Of a stretch of 64,000 nucleotides of DNA, positions 47,113 through 60,763 are shown piece by piece; positions within the stretch are counted from its first letter, which is position 1; each line of letters begins with the position of its first letter. The translations under genes and the position numbers were made by a program. The notes under the pieces were generated by a model. The model was not told the origin of the DNA. It saw nothing but the letters and a program-made list of their open reading frames with translations, and did no database searches. The DNA lies in contig CM075989.1 of assembly GCA_038087875.1 (NCBI GenBank), positions 2,666,001 through 2,730,000 on the forward strand, given 5' to 3'. This DNA is from Malacoraja senta (Eukaryota).

Positions 47113-48989
47113 ATGGACGGTACCCGCCCACCAAAATGGCCGCAGCAAACATGAGCCAAATTAAACGAATCTCCTCTTCCTGCACATGATCCTCTCCCTC
47201 CACTCCCTGCACATTCATGTGCCAATGTAAAAGCCTCTTCCACGCCGTTATTGAATGTATACAACAAGTTAAACAGGTCATCTTTCTCAGCCTGGCCTGC
47301 AGACACTCCAATCACAATGACAGGTAACTCATTCAGTTGCAACAGTCACGGGCAGAACAGTAGCACCTTCCACAAGTATCTAGAGAAGCAATGAAGGTGA
47401 CCTTGGCAGCAGCATTCTCAGCCAGTACAAACAAAAACGTTTCTGAACATTAACCAAGTGTTTCACCAGCTGAGAACATTATGTTACGAGTTAACAAGGA
47501 TTGCCTTTGCAAATCTTTGCCAATAATAGACTCATACCCTGATGTGCTAATTCAAGCCCATGCTCCCAAAATGTTCAATTCAGTTGCCTATTGAACTAAT
47601 TGCTGGCCAGTTCCACTGCGAGCACTTTTACCCCTGAGGCATTGTGATTATGGCTTCAAATCCCACCACTGAAATGAGCAGAGAAATCCAGGCTCATGTT
47701 CCAACACAGCACTGTTAGAGGTCGGATCTAATGGGTTATCACCACTCTACTCCTTCTCTCAATGGTAAATAAGAGAGGGGAGGTAAAAATGTTCCAGCCT
47801 GAATAGTCATACAGTGGTGCAGTCACACAGCACGGAAACAGGCCCTTTGGCCCAACTTGCCCTTGCCGACCAAGCTGCCCCATCCATGCGTCCCACCTGC
47901 CCACATTTGCCCCCCTATCCCTCTAAACCTTTCTTATCCATGTACCTGTCCAAATGCCTTTTAAATCTGTTGAATTCTCTGCCACAGAAAGTAGTTGAGG
48001 CCAGTTCATTGGCTATATTTAAGAGGGAGTTAGATGTGGCCCTTGTGGCTAAAGGGATCAGGGGGTATGGAGAGAAGGCAGGTACAGGATACTGAGATGT
48101 TTGATCAGCCATGATCATATTGAATGGCAGTGCAGGCTCGAAGGGCCGAATGGCCTACTCCTGCACCTATTTTCTATGTTTCTATGTTTCTAAATGTTGT
48201 TATATAACATGCCTCAATGACCTTCTCTTGCAGTTTGTTCCATGCACCCACCACCCTCTGTGTGAAAAAGTTGCCCCTGAAGTTGCTATTAAATCTTTCC
48301 CTCTCACCTTAAACATATGTCCTGTTGTTCTTACTTCCCACTGCTCTGGATAAAAGACTGTGCATTCATCTTTTCTATTTCTCTCATGATCTTACACATC
48401 TCTATAAGATCATCCCTCAGACCCCTGTGCTCCAAGGTATAAGTAAGTAAGTACATTTATTGGCCAAGTATTCACATACAAGGAATTTGTCTCTCTCTTG
48501 CTCTCTTTCTTTCTCCCACACTCCAAAGACGTACAGCTTTGAAGGTTAATTGGCTTCGGTAAAGCTGATAAATTGTCCCTAGTGTGTAGGATGGTAGAAT
48601 AGAATCCGTGACTTCCCAACCTTTCCCTATAGCTCAGGCTCTTGTCCTGGCAACATTCTTGTAAATCCTCTCTGCATTCTGACAAGCTTAATGACACCCT
48701 TCCTAGAGCAGGGTAACAAAAACAACACAAATGCAGCCTCGCCAATGCAGGGCGGCACAGTGGCGCAGCGGTAGAGTTGCTGCCTTACAGCGCTCGCAGT
48801 GCCAGAGACCTGGGTTCGATCCTGACTACAGGTGCTGTCTGTACGGAGTTTGTGCGTTCTCCCCGTGACTGCGTGGGTTTTGCACCAAGATTTTCGGTTT
48901 CCTCTCGCACTCCAAAGACGTACAGGTTTGTAAGTAAAATTGGCTTGGTAAATGCAAAAAATGTCCCTAGTGTGTGCAGGACAGTGTTA

Positions 48990-49309
48990 AAGCCCTGTCC
49001 CATGGTACGAGTTCATTCCAAGAGCTCTCCCGAGTTTTAAAAAAATCAAACTCGTGGTAAGCACGGAGAATGAATGTAGCGGGTACGTCGGAGCTCGGTG
49101 ACGTCTCTTAGTGCTAACGGCAGGTACTCGGGAAGACTCGATAACGGCAGGTAAGCACGGGAAGACTCGTGAAGATTTTTCAACATGATGAAAAATGTCC
49201 ACGAGAGCCCCGAGTACCGACGAGCGGCCATTACCGTAACTCTCCGAGTTCGAATCAGGGCGAACTCGGGAGAGCTCTTGGAATGAACTCGTACCGTGGG
49301 ACAGGGCTT
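48990..49309. mobile_element. PIF/Harbinger-type MITE (320 bp) inserted in a SINE (48751-49365)
   Basis: ~47-bp TIR aagccctgtccca[t/c]ggtacgagttcattccaagagctctcccgagtt; TTA TSD at 48987-48989 and 49310-49312. Confidence 0.92.
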
Positions 49310-49689
49310 TTAATATGTGGGGATCGCTGGTCAGTGCAGACCCGGTGGGCCGAAGGGCCTGCATCTGTAAACTAGAAAAAATGTCTTGTACAACCGTAAC
49401 ATAATATCCCAATTTCTATTGTCAGTGCCTTGACTGATGAAGGCCAATGTACCGAAAGGCTTCTTAACCACACTATCTACCTGTGACACCACTTTCAGGG
49501 AATGATGTACCTGCTCTCCTGGACCCCTCTGCTCTACAACACTCCCCAGGGCTCTGCCATTCAATGTGAAGGCTCCAGAATACAACACCTCACACTGATC
49601 TGCGTTAAACTCCATTAATGATTACTCTGCCCACTTGCCCAACTGATCTAGAGCTTGCTGTCATTTTTGATAACCATCTTCATAGTTTA

Positions 49690-49870
49690 GGATACCACCC
49701 ACGTAGGCCATTTTTTGGGCAACTACAGGCGACTGCCACAAAGTTTTCAACATGTAGAAAATGTTTCGCCGACAGTGGCGACAATTTTTGCTGTCGTGGG
49801 TTGTGGGTGAATTCCATTAAAATTAATCCCTGGCAGTCGCCTAAAGAGTCGCCTAAGTGGGACAGGCCCT
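49690..49870. mobile_element. Degenerate copy of the 19188 Harbinger-type MITE
   Basis: Internal sequence and right TIR match 19188-19371; left TIR has decayed. Confidence 0.75.
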
Positions 49871-51179
49871 TTATTTAATGTCATTAGCAAACATTAATCA
49901 TTGCCTCTTTTTCTCTTGGCACTGATGCTGCCTAAATTGTTGAGTTTTTCAGCATTTCCTGTTTCCTGTTCTTGTAAATGATAACAATGCATTACATCAG
50001 AAAATAAAAGGCAGGGAAGCATTGCTTGTGACCTGCCACACCCCTCCTCACCATTTCTCCTGTCTGAAGAAGGGTCCCAACCATTACACTTACTTTAGAG
50101 ATACTGTGCAGAAACAGGCCCTACAGCCATGGAGTCAGCACCGACCAGCACAGTAGACCAGCACCATCCTACCCACTAGGGACAATTTATCAGCTTTACC
50201 GAAGCCAATTAACCTTCAAACCTGTACGTCTTTGGAGTGTGGGAGAAAGAAAGAGAGCGAGAGAGAGACTGAGAGAGATAGAAGAATGGAGAGACCGAGA
50301 TGGAGGGAGGAAGGGAGGGAGGGAGGGAGGGAGAGAAACTGGAGCACCCGGAGAAAACCCACAGGGTCAATAGACAATAGACAATAGGTGCAGGAGTAGG
50401 CCATTCGGCCCTTCGAGTCATGGCTGATCATCCCCAATCAGTACCCCGTTGCTGCCTTCTCTCCATATCCCTTAACTCCGCTATCCCTAAGAGCTCTATC
50501 TAACGGAGACAGAGTCAGACGGAGAACGGACAAACTCTGTACAGACAAGCTCCCGAAGTCAGGATCGAACCCGGGTCTCTGGCGCTGTAAGGCAGCAACT
50601 CGACCTGAAACATTGCCTGTTCATACCCTGCACAGATGCTGCCCGACCGGCTGAGTTACCCCAGTGCTTTGCGGTTTGCATAAGTAAAAGATTCCTGAGT
50701 CTGGATGCTTGCTGTACTGTGTGGCTGCGTTCCTTGTGTTACTGCAATGACTTATCCAATGCTTCACTGGCGGTGATGGAGTAGGGAAGGTGCGATGTAA
50801 ATGGAAATCTTCTCTCTTTGATAAGAAGTCATCAGGATAATGAAGGTGTTAGAGCAGGGAGATCACAAGAGTACGCGAGGCCGCAATATTAACCGTCCAA
50901 GGCCTGTGCTACGCTTTGTACCGTGGTTGAGGCAAACACGTATTTTTAGAGAAGTTCAACACTTATAGAAATGAAAGTGGGTCAGCTCCTCGTGGAGCGC
51001 GGCGTGCAGTGAGAGCCACGACCACAATCCAGAGCACTCCAGTGAAATACAAAGGAAGGTCAGCAGCCTGGGGAAGATATGATTCTCACATTTCAAATAT
51101 CCCAAGCTGACAAATTGCCCCAGTGTCACTTTCAGGACTGGTGTGTTCATAGACACTCTTCCCCCACCCCCACCCTCCT

Positions 51180-51183
51180 GCCC

Positions 51184-51226
<43 letters not shown>

Positions 51227-51333
51227 TCTCTTATCGTTCCATCCTTCCCTCTCTCTCTCTCTCTCTCTCTCTCCATCTTTCTCTCTCTCTCTCTATACCT
51301 GTCTATCTGTCCCTCTGTCTCTCTCTCCCCTAG

Positions 51334-51364
<31 letters not shown>

Positions 51365-51365
51365 G

Positions 51366-51405
<40 letters not shown>

Positions 51406-51432
51406 TAATATATATATATATATATATATAAA

Positions 51433-51479
<47 letters not shown>

Positions 51480-51585
51480 CTTTATCTCTCTTTGCCTCTC
51501 ACTCTCTCTTTCTCTTTCTTTCTCCATCAATTGTATGTGTCTCTCTTTCTGTCTCTGTCCGTCACCCTCTATCTCTCTCTCACAC
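51180..51585. repeat. Compound (CT)n/(TA)n/(CA)n microsatellite
   Basis: Directly visible; includes two (ta)n-aagga-(ta)n units. Confidence 0.95.
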
Positions 51586-53909
51586 ACTCAATGGCTGAAG
51601 TTTAGACTGTCTCAGTTTCTCAATACTGTCCCCAATCTCCTCATTTCTTTCACACAATCACTTAGAATTAACCAGTTCAGGTAATTAAATGGGAATGAAA
51701 TGCAACAATAATTGTTGCAACAATTCCTGGACCATATTCAAGTGTGACATGAAAGGGGACAAGTATCTCCAACGAGGGAGAGCCCAGCAACTCTCACTGG
51801 CACTAGCCAACTCTCACTAGCCAAACATGAACACCCTGAGGGCCATTCTTAGAAATGCCAGAGGAGGTAGTTGAGGCTGGGACTATCCCAACGTTCAAGA
51901 AACAGTTAGACAGGTGGTACATGGATAGGACAAGTTTGGAGGGATACGGACCAAGTGCAGGCACGTGGGACTAGTATAGCTGGGACATGTTGGCCGGTGT
52001 GGGCAAGTTGGGCCAAAGGGCCTGTTTCCACACTGTATTACTCTATGACTCTAAATATTGACCTGTCACGTAAATGCTGTCTGCATTGTAAATAAGGGAC
52101 TCAACCTATGACTGCCCACAAGCTCTCCACAATATAAGTACAAGCCGGAGTGTGATGGTACACTCTCAACTTCTGAACAAGGGTCTCGACCCGCAACGTT
52201 GCCTATTCCTTTTCTCCATAGATGCTGCCTCACCCGCTGAGTTTCCCCAGCATTTTACAATTTATATTTATACCAAGCCAATTAACCTACAAGCCTACAC
52301 GTCTTTGGAGAGTGGGAGGAAACTGATGATCTCGGAGAAAACCCACACGGTCACGGGAAGAACGCACAAACTTCGTACAGACAGCACCCATTGTCGGGAT
52401 CGAACCTGGGTCTCTGGTGCTGTAAGCGCTGTAAGACAGCAGTTCTACCGCTGCACCACCATGCCACCCCATTGTAATTGATTGACACCTTATCCACCGG
52501 CCAAAACATTCAGTCCGTCCACTAACGCACGTCAGCAGATCGCACTGCAGCTACTCACCCAGGCTCCTCCCAAACACCTCACACGTTGACCATGAAGGAC
52601 CAGGAAGGAGGCAGATGGGAAAGCAGGCTCCCCCCTGGATCACACATCAACTGTTCATCCATCGTCACTGGGCCAGTCCTCTGCTACTTGACCACAGCAC
52701 TGGGGAAGTGCATTCACCGCAAGAACCTCAGCGGTCAAGGGCGGAGGCTCACCCCACCCTCATTGGCAATTAGAGATGAATAGAAAATCCCAGCCTTGCC
52801 AACAATGCTGGCCCGCACAGTAAAATAAAGTGAGAGTCAAAAACATCTCTGTAGAAGGGCTTTAACCCGAAACGTCATCTATATCCGTTTTCTCCAGAGA
52901 TGCTGCCTGACCCGTTGAGTTACTCCAGCACTTTGTGTTGCAATATCTAAAACTGATTACAGACCCACGGCAATTTCATTTGTTTGGAATCTAATTGGAT
53001 TTTGATATATGATCAACTAGACATCCCTGCATGTGTAGCTGAGTCAGTTGATTCGTTTAGAGATGCAGCATGGATACAGGTTCTTTGGCCCATCATCCAC
53101 ACCGACCTTTGATTGATTCACACACTAGTTCTATGCTATCCCACTTTCTCCTCCACGCCCTGCACACTAGCGACAATAACTTACAAACCCACATGCCTTT
53201 GGTATGTGGGAGGAAACCGGAGCACCACGCGGTCACAGGGAGAACGTACAAACTCCACACAGACTGCACTTGAGGTCAGGATCAAACCTGGGTCTCTGGC
53301 ATTGTGAGGCAGCAGCTCTACCCGCTGCACCACCCGCTGTGCCGCCCATCCAACAGCAGCAACCATCACCTTCTCACCACATTACTTGGTTGCTCATTGC
53401 ATTTTTCTTTGTTTCTTTGCTTTCATTGAAAGGAACCAGACCTTGCTATTTCACAGACACTAGACCTGAGTTGCTCGAGCAACTTCTGCCTATTCCTGGA
53501 ATTATTGCAAATTTTAAGATAGTGACTATTGAATCAATCATCATTGGGTCTGTGACAGATCAGGGAAGATGTTTACGAATGGGTTGGTGATTGAGTGCAT
53601 TAAATATCAAGGGAGACCTGAGAGTAAATGAATCTCCATTCATTTGAAAGGGGCAAAGTTTAAAGAAGATGTGGGGCAAGTTTTTTTTACACAGAGGGTG
53701 GCGAGTGCCTAGAACGTGCTGCCGGGGTTGGTGGTGGAGGCAGCCCGGACCATCACACAAACCAACCTTCCTTCTATTGTTTAAGAAACAACTGCAGATG
53801 CTGGAAAAATCGACGGTAGACAAAAATGCTGGAGAAACTCAGCGGGTGAGGCAGCATCTATGGAGCGAAGGAATAGGCAACGTTTCAGGTCGTGAGCCTT
53901 GGGAGTCTT

Positions 53910-55007
53910 TAGAGATACAGCATGGAAACAGGCCCTTCGGCCCACTGAGTCCGCACCGACCAGCGATCCCCGCACACTAACGCTATCCTACACACTGGGG
54001 ACAATTTCCAATTTTAACAAAGCCAATTAACCTACAAACCTGTACATCTTTGGAGTGTCGGTGGAAACCGGAGCACCCGGAGAAAACCTACATGGTCACG
54101 GGGAGAATGTACAAACTCCATGCAACCAGCACCCGTAGTCAGGATGGAATCCGGGTCTCTGGCGCTGTAAGGCAGCAACTCTACCACTGTTCTGTGTTCT
54201 GCTCACTGACGGCTATGCAGCTGAGTTCAGGTTTTGGAGGGAGTGAGGGGTGAGTGGAGGAGGGGGTGCCACCCCCACTGTGTTTTCTGGCCTAACCCAT
54301 AAAAGCTGCAAACATGGTCTGGCTCAGGGGAATGGCACTATAAAATACAAAAGGACAGAGATGTCCCTGGCAAAGGCATGAAATGCTGCTGTATTGGAGA
54401 CAGCAAACTAATTGGGTCAGAATATTACTGAGGCCCAAAGGAGCGTACAAACCACACGACTTGTGCAACATTATACCTTCTCAGTATTGGTTCTAGTTTA
54501 GTTTAGTTTATAGATAGAGCAGAAACAGGCCCTTCGGCCCACCGCATCCATGCTGACAAGCGATCCCTGCACACTAACACTATCCTAAACACAATAGGAA
54601 CAGTTTCTCATGGATACTTTCAAGAGAGAGCTAGATAGAGCTCTTAAAGATAGCGGAGTCAGGGGATATGGGGAGAAGGCAGGAACGGGGTACTGATTGG
54701 GGATGATCAGCCATGATCACAGTGAATGGCGGTGCTGGCACGAAGGGCCGAATGGCCTCTACTCCTGCGCCTATTGTCTATTGTCTGATTTACGACTATA
54801 CCAATTAGCCTACAATCCTGTACGTCTTTGGAATGTGGCCTCCCAATAGACAATAGACAATAGCCAAAGAAACCGGAGCTCCTGGAGAAAACCCACGTGG
54901 TCACAGGGAGAAGGTACAAACTCCGTAAAGACAAGCACCCGTAGTCAGGATGGAACCCGGGTCTGTGGCGCTGTAAGGCAGCAACTCTACCGCTGCGTCA
55001 CCGTGCC
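53910..55007 (-). mobile_element. Two reverse SINE copies (53910-54190; 54495-55007, the second interrupted by CR1 tails)
   Basis: SINE match; CR1 3' UTR at 54607-54787. Confidence 0.75.
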
Positions 55008-55634
55008 TTCAATGGTTCAATGATACTTTGTTGTCACATGTACCTAGGTACATGCATTTATTTATTTTGCTTACGGTTGGGTGACAACCCTACTTGGCAC
55101 AATCATAAGTAGATGATAGTAGACTACACTGAGTCTATACACACGAGTCAATCTTAGCTGGGTGTTTATGTCCTCAGATTAATAACTGTCCAGTTCTAAA
55201 ATAAAAACAGAAAGTGCAGTAAATATTCAGCAGGTCAGGCAGCATCCGTGAAGGGAAAGAGCTTGCATGTTTCACCACTGACTGTGTGGGCTTCCCCACG
55301 GGTGCTCCATCATCATCATGCCCATTATAGACTTCTCCCATCCTAATTACATTATTGTGCTTAATACTCATTAACTGACTTTCCACTGCGTAATTATACA
55401 GCTCGTTTAACCCTCATCAATTCATTATCCATATTCTCATTACATTTATATCCTTAGTGCCCATATTCCTCATGTCAACTAATTTAATTCATATTCTGAT
55501 GAAGGATCATTGACTGGAAACATTAACTCAGTTTCTTCCTCCACAGAAGCTCCCTGACCCGATGACTGAAGCCAGTGCTTTCTGTTTTATTTCAGGTTTC
55601 CAGCACCTCTAACTCTATTTGCTCTTCATCCAGA

Positions 55635-55948
55635 GCAGCACGGCGGTGCAGCGGTAGAGTTGCTGCCCTACAGCGCCTGAGATCCGGATCCGATCCTGAC
55701 TACGGGTGCTGTCTGTATGGAGTTTGTCCGTTCTCCCCGTGACCTGTGTGGGTTTTCTCTGAGATCTTTAGTTTCCTCCCACACTCCAAAGACGTACAGG
55801 TTTGTAGGTTAATTGGCTCGGTACAAGTGTAAATTGTCCCTCGTCTGTGTGGAATAGTGCTAATGTGCGGCTATCGCTGGCTGGCACAGACTCAGTGGGC
55901 CGAAGGGCCTGTTTACGCGCTACATCTCTAAACTAAAACTAAACTAAC
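55635..55948 (+). mobile_element. Full-length tRNA-derived SINE (HE1/V-SINE-like)
   Basis: Head, body and tail match. Confidence 0.85.
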
Positions 55949-57311
55949 CTAAACTGAAGTATAGGACTAGTGAATATTACCAACTCCTCAGCATCCCTGT
56001 CTCACGCCTCCTAACCCTGACGGCTTTGATAAGAATTACTTTGAAAGATTTATGGGGCGGTTTCACCCTGTGTAAATATAACTCTTGCCGCTTGTTTCAA
56101 TTCTCACATGATAAAATATTCATCGTGGGGGTGCTCACCCCAGCCGTCACCACTCTCCTCACCTGCCTTTAATTTGTTCTCTGACAAGTTTGCTGCCTCG
56201 CAGCCAGGAGCTGCTAACATTGATGTTCAGCAAATGACTCCTTCACTGTTAGAAGGATAAAGTAGCATCACCACCAGTCGCCAACACACAATGTTAATGG
56301 CACTTGTCCCTGCATCCCGGTACCAATATTGTTGTCTACAGATGTCGGGGTAGCAAGATGGCGCAGCGGTAGAGTTGCTGCCTTACAGCGCCAAAGACCC
56401 GGGTTCGATCCTGACTCCGGCCATTGTCTGTACGGAGTTTTCTCCGGGTGTTCCGGTTTCCTCCCACTCTCCAAACACGTACAGGTTAATTGGCCTGGTA
56501 TAAGAGGTAAATGTCAGAGGTAAATGTAAACATTGTCAGGTGTCAGAGGTTTTGGGGAGAAGGCAGGGGAACGGGTTTAGGAGGGAGAGATAGATCAGCC
56601 ATGATTGAATGGCGGAGTAGACTTGATGGGCCGAATGGCCTAATTCTACTCCTATCACATATGACCTTATGACCTTTTCCCCAGTGTAGGATAGTGTCAT
56701 CGCATCTCCCTGTATACCACTGAAGGAGATGCAATGAAATGTTGTTGTACAGTTGTTGTGCAATGACAATAAACGTATTTGATTTGATTTAATGTGAGTG
56801 GGGAATGCTGGTTGGCGCTGACTCGCTGGCCCGCTGTATCTCTAAATGGAAATGATTTCAAACAAGCACAGTTGTCACTAATCAGATAATATTTCACCTT
56901 GGAGCTGACCATAATTTGATTCTCACGTGCCAGTTAACTTCCCTTTAAACCGCCCAGAGAGGCATTTAATTGCAACAACTTGCTGAAGCTAATGGCTTAT
57001 ATGCTGCTCAGAAGTGACAAGGCTTCACTATAGTCAGAGGAGGTTTGTGATGCATAGGATCGATTATAATAAACTCATTGGGCACCGAGGGTTTAGGCAC
57101 GAGAGATATCAAGGCATTACAGATCTGATCCAGGCAACTGCAGGTCCAATGCCCCGAGTGTGGTAGCAGTTAACAAGATTAGGAATCATCATAAGGACAA
57201 GGTTACTGGACAAGAATTGAATTACAGATGGAATAACTGGTTAAGCAGAGGGCCCTGCTGTGTCAGACCACCAACAAGCTTACCACAAGGGGACACGGGT
57301 AATGGAGTTGT

Positions 57312-57525
57312 GTAGGCAGGAACTGCAGATGCTGGTTTCAACCGAAGATAACCACAAATTGCTGGAGTAACTCAGCGGGACAGGCAGCATCTCTGGAGAG
57401 AAGGAATGGGTGACGTTTCGGGTTGAGACCCTTCTTCAGTCTGGACCCGAAACGTCAACCATTCCTTCTCTCCAGAGATGTTGCCTGTCCCGCTGAGATA
57501 CTCCAGCATTTTGTATCTATCTACC
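57312..57525. mobile_element. Fold-back Penelope-derived mini-element
   Basis: Inverted arms; perfect 14-bp TSD ggtaatggagttgt at 57298-57311 and 57526-57539. Confidence 0.85.
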
Positions 57526-58599
57526 GGTAATGGAGTTGTTACGGGCAGGTCAAAATCAGACGTACGCTGGGAAAATGACAAGGACATCAGCGTCGACAGT
57601 CCACAGTCCTCTGTCCCAGCTCAATGTCCTGTTCAACTGAACCATCCGACCAACAACTAGAGAGCAGTCCGCAACTACTACCCACCTCGTTGGAGACCCT
57701 TGGACTATCTTTCATCGAACGTTACTGGACTTTATCTTGCATTAGACATTATTGCACAGAGTCTATATGTTCCTCCTGTGATTACGTGCGTTTTCTCCAG
57801 GTGCTCCGGTTTCCTCCCACATGCGAAAGACATGCGGGTTTGTAGGTTAATTGGTTTCTGTAACTTGTCCCTGGAGTGCAGGATAGAACCATGTTTACGG
57901 GTTGATTGATGGACAGTGTGAACTCGTTGGGCCATGCTGTATGTCTAAACTAAACTAAACTAAACTAATCTGAAGTAGATGAGCTACCAGAGGACCTAGT
58001 TGAGGCAGGTACTATAACTGCATTTAAAAAGACATTTGGACAGGTACATGGATAGGAAAGGTTTAGAGGGATATGGGCCAAATGCAGACAGGTGGAACTA
58101 ATGTAGATTGTACATCATCGTTGACATGGGCAAGATGGGCTGAAGGGCCTTTTTCCATGCTGTATGTCCATGATATTGGTTACAAATACAAGGTGTGGTG
58201 TCCTATCCTTCATTGGGAGCACCAGATGAGGACAACACTTAAATGGAACAATCTGTGGTAATCTGTTAGAAACTGAGTCTGGATCGGAACCCCCCAAAAT
58301 CACAGGGGACAGAAAAATCACAAAATCTTACAGCACAGCAGGACAGCGAGTAGCCAGCATGCCTGAACCTGGCTCTGAAGATGGCTCGACCCGAAACGTC
58401 ACCCATTCCTTCTCTCTGTCCCGCTGAGTTACTCCAGCATTTGTGTCTACCTTGCCTGAACCTGGTGTCAGGCAGACTGGAGGTATTTTGGGGGGGCAGC
58501 TATGGACTGCCGGTGGTTTTCCACTCTGCATTCACATTCAACTCACAGCCTGATACATTTACAGACATTTTGTGATAATAAACAAAGCCAAGTATCTGT

Positions 58600-59130
58600 A
58601 GAAACAAAGAACCGCAGATGCTGGTTTATACTAAAGATAGACACAAAGTGTTGGAGTAACTCAGCAGGTCAGGCAGCATCTCTGGAGAAAAGGTATAGGT
58701 GACGTTTTGGGTCAGGACCCTTTTTCAGACTGAAAGTAGGGGGTGGGGGTGGGGAAGGGGGAGGTGAAGAGCTGGAGGCAAGAAAAGGCCAGGAACAGTC
58801 AGGGCCAGCCACCAATGACCACAGGTAGGGCAGTGCCTGGTTGGGCCATTGTTGGCTTGGGAAGCAGTGACCTCAAGAGATACAATGTAGAGAACCGTGG
58901 AACTGGTAAAAGGGTGAGGGTGGAGGAAGGGAGGAAGGAGGGAGGAGGGAGGAGGGAGGAGGGAGGAGGGAGGAGGGAGGAGGGAGGGTAGGGGAGGGGA
59001 TTGTGAGATGAAGTTACTTAAAATTAGAGAATTTGATGATCATACCTCTGGGTTGCAAGCTTACCACTTATTTGGCTTCTCTCTGGCAATGGAGGAGGCC
59101 CAGGACAGAAAGGTCAGTTAGGGAATGGGA
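58600..59130 (-). mobile_element. Degenerate Penelope-like 3' end containing a (GGAGGGA)n tract
   Basis: Similar to 37950-38480. Confidence 0.7.
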
Positions 59131-59861
59131 AGAGAAATATCTCCCCAGCAGTATTAACAACCATTTGGAATTACCCAACCTTCTCCAGAATTTAAATATT
59201 AAACTTCCAAGTATTAATTGCCTGGAGATGTTTTAATGAGATATGAAATCCTGTTGAACTAAATAGCGTTTATCCCTTGTCGAGATGAGGGTGGTCACAA
59301 AAGACTGTTTGAGAAACATTGTCTAATTCCTAGACAGACACAAAATGCTGGAATAACTCAGCGGGACAGGCAGCATCTCTGGAGAGAAGGAATGGGTGAC
59401 GTTTCGGGCCGAGACCCTTGTCTAGAATTACTCCTGTTCCAATTGGCCGGGCAAGTTTGCAACAGGTGGGTTTATGAGAATGTGAGAATACTTCCAAGAA
59501 TATCTCCACCGGGAGATGGAAAGACCAAGGTGTACCACGGGGATCCGTGTCCGTGTCTCTGCCTCTCATTTACACATCAGCAAAACCCATCTGCGAGCTG
59601 CATACACCTGCAGACAAGGTGACAACAGGGGTGTGAGGCTTGGAAGACGAGGCAGGTGATTCACTGAGTGTTCGACACAACTCATTGACAAATAGGCACT
59701 GGCACACACAACGCACCGTACAACGGGGGCAATGAGACACGCGGCACAAGAAAAACTACAAGATGAAGTGAGGGCAGTCGGTCCAGCACCTGGTACATTA
59801 CGTTTAATTATGTGCCGGCGGCACGGTGGCGCAGCGGTAGAGTTGCTGCCTTACAGCACTC

Positions 59862-60763
59862 AGTAACCACCTGGGGCGCCGTCGAGTATGGCTGCCCTGC
59901 CAGCAGCTGTTAGTTTTTGCACCCTTTTTTTAATTTTTAGTTAGTTAAAAGTGTTGGTTTTGGAGGTCTTTAGTCTTTTTATGTGGGGGGTGGGGGGGGG
60001 GGGGAAGGGGGAAACTATTTTCGCAGTCCCTACCTGGTCGGAGATGCGGCTTTTCTCCGAGCCGTATCTTCGCCCCTTCCTCGCGGCCTACGGGCAGACT
60101 GGAGCGGTGTTTTCCTGCCAGGACCGGCCAGGACTTCAGCTTCGGCGGCGGCACAGCGCTGAAGTACCATCGTGGAGCGGGCGATGCCTAACCCGGGTCG
60201 CTGTGCAGCAAGCTCCGGAGAGCTGTGGCCGCCGACACCAACATCGCGGAGCTGCGGTCACAGCTCTCCGGAGCTTGCTGCACGGCGACCCGGGTTAGCG
60301 GTCAGCGGTCAGTGGAGCTTCCAGCCGCGGGCGGCGCTGAGCTTCAAACACCGTGGAGCCTGGGATCTCACGACGAGGTCGCCAGAGTCGGAGCATCGAC
60401 CAGCGTGGCTCGTGGACTTCAGGAGCCGTGGTCTACTGGGAGGAGGCGGCCGCTCCAGACACTCCGGGCCGCCGAGAGTGTTCACCCGACGCCAGAGCTC
60501 CATCATCCGGCGAGAGGACCTGAGGCATCGTGCTGCCGTAGTGGCGACTGCAGAGGCCTCAATAGGCCCCGACTATCGGTGAACTGGGGATGGGACTGGA
60601 CTTTGCTGCCTTCCCCCACAGTGGGAACCATTGTGGGGGGTTGTTTGGATGTTGTTGTTAAATTCTTGGATGTTATCTTTATTTGTGTGCTGCATGGCGT
60701 CAAATTTCACTGCACCAATTGGTGTACGTGACAATAAATTTTTATCTATCTATCTATCTATCT
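59862..60763 (+). mobile_element. ~900-bp non-autonomous retroelement with Rex1-type tail, inserted in a SINE head
   Basis: Body blocks shared with 21122-22083; ends ttcactgcaccaattggtgtacgtgacaataaa(tatc)n; the SINE resumes with agcgccagag. Confidence 0.75.

Noticed and set aside
50945..51060. Possible plus-strand exon (EKFNTYRNESG...)
   Set aside because: Weak splice signals, no recognisable protein and no supporting plus-strand exons.
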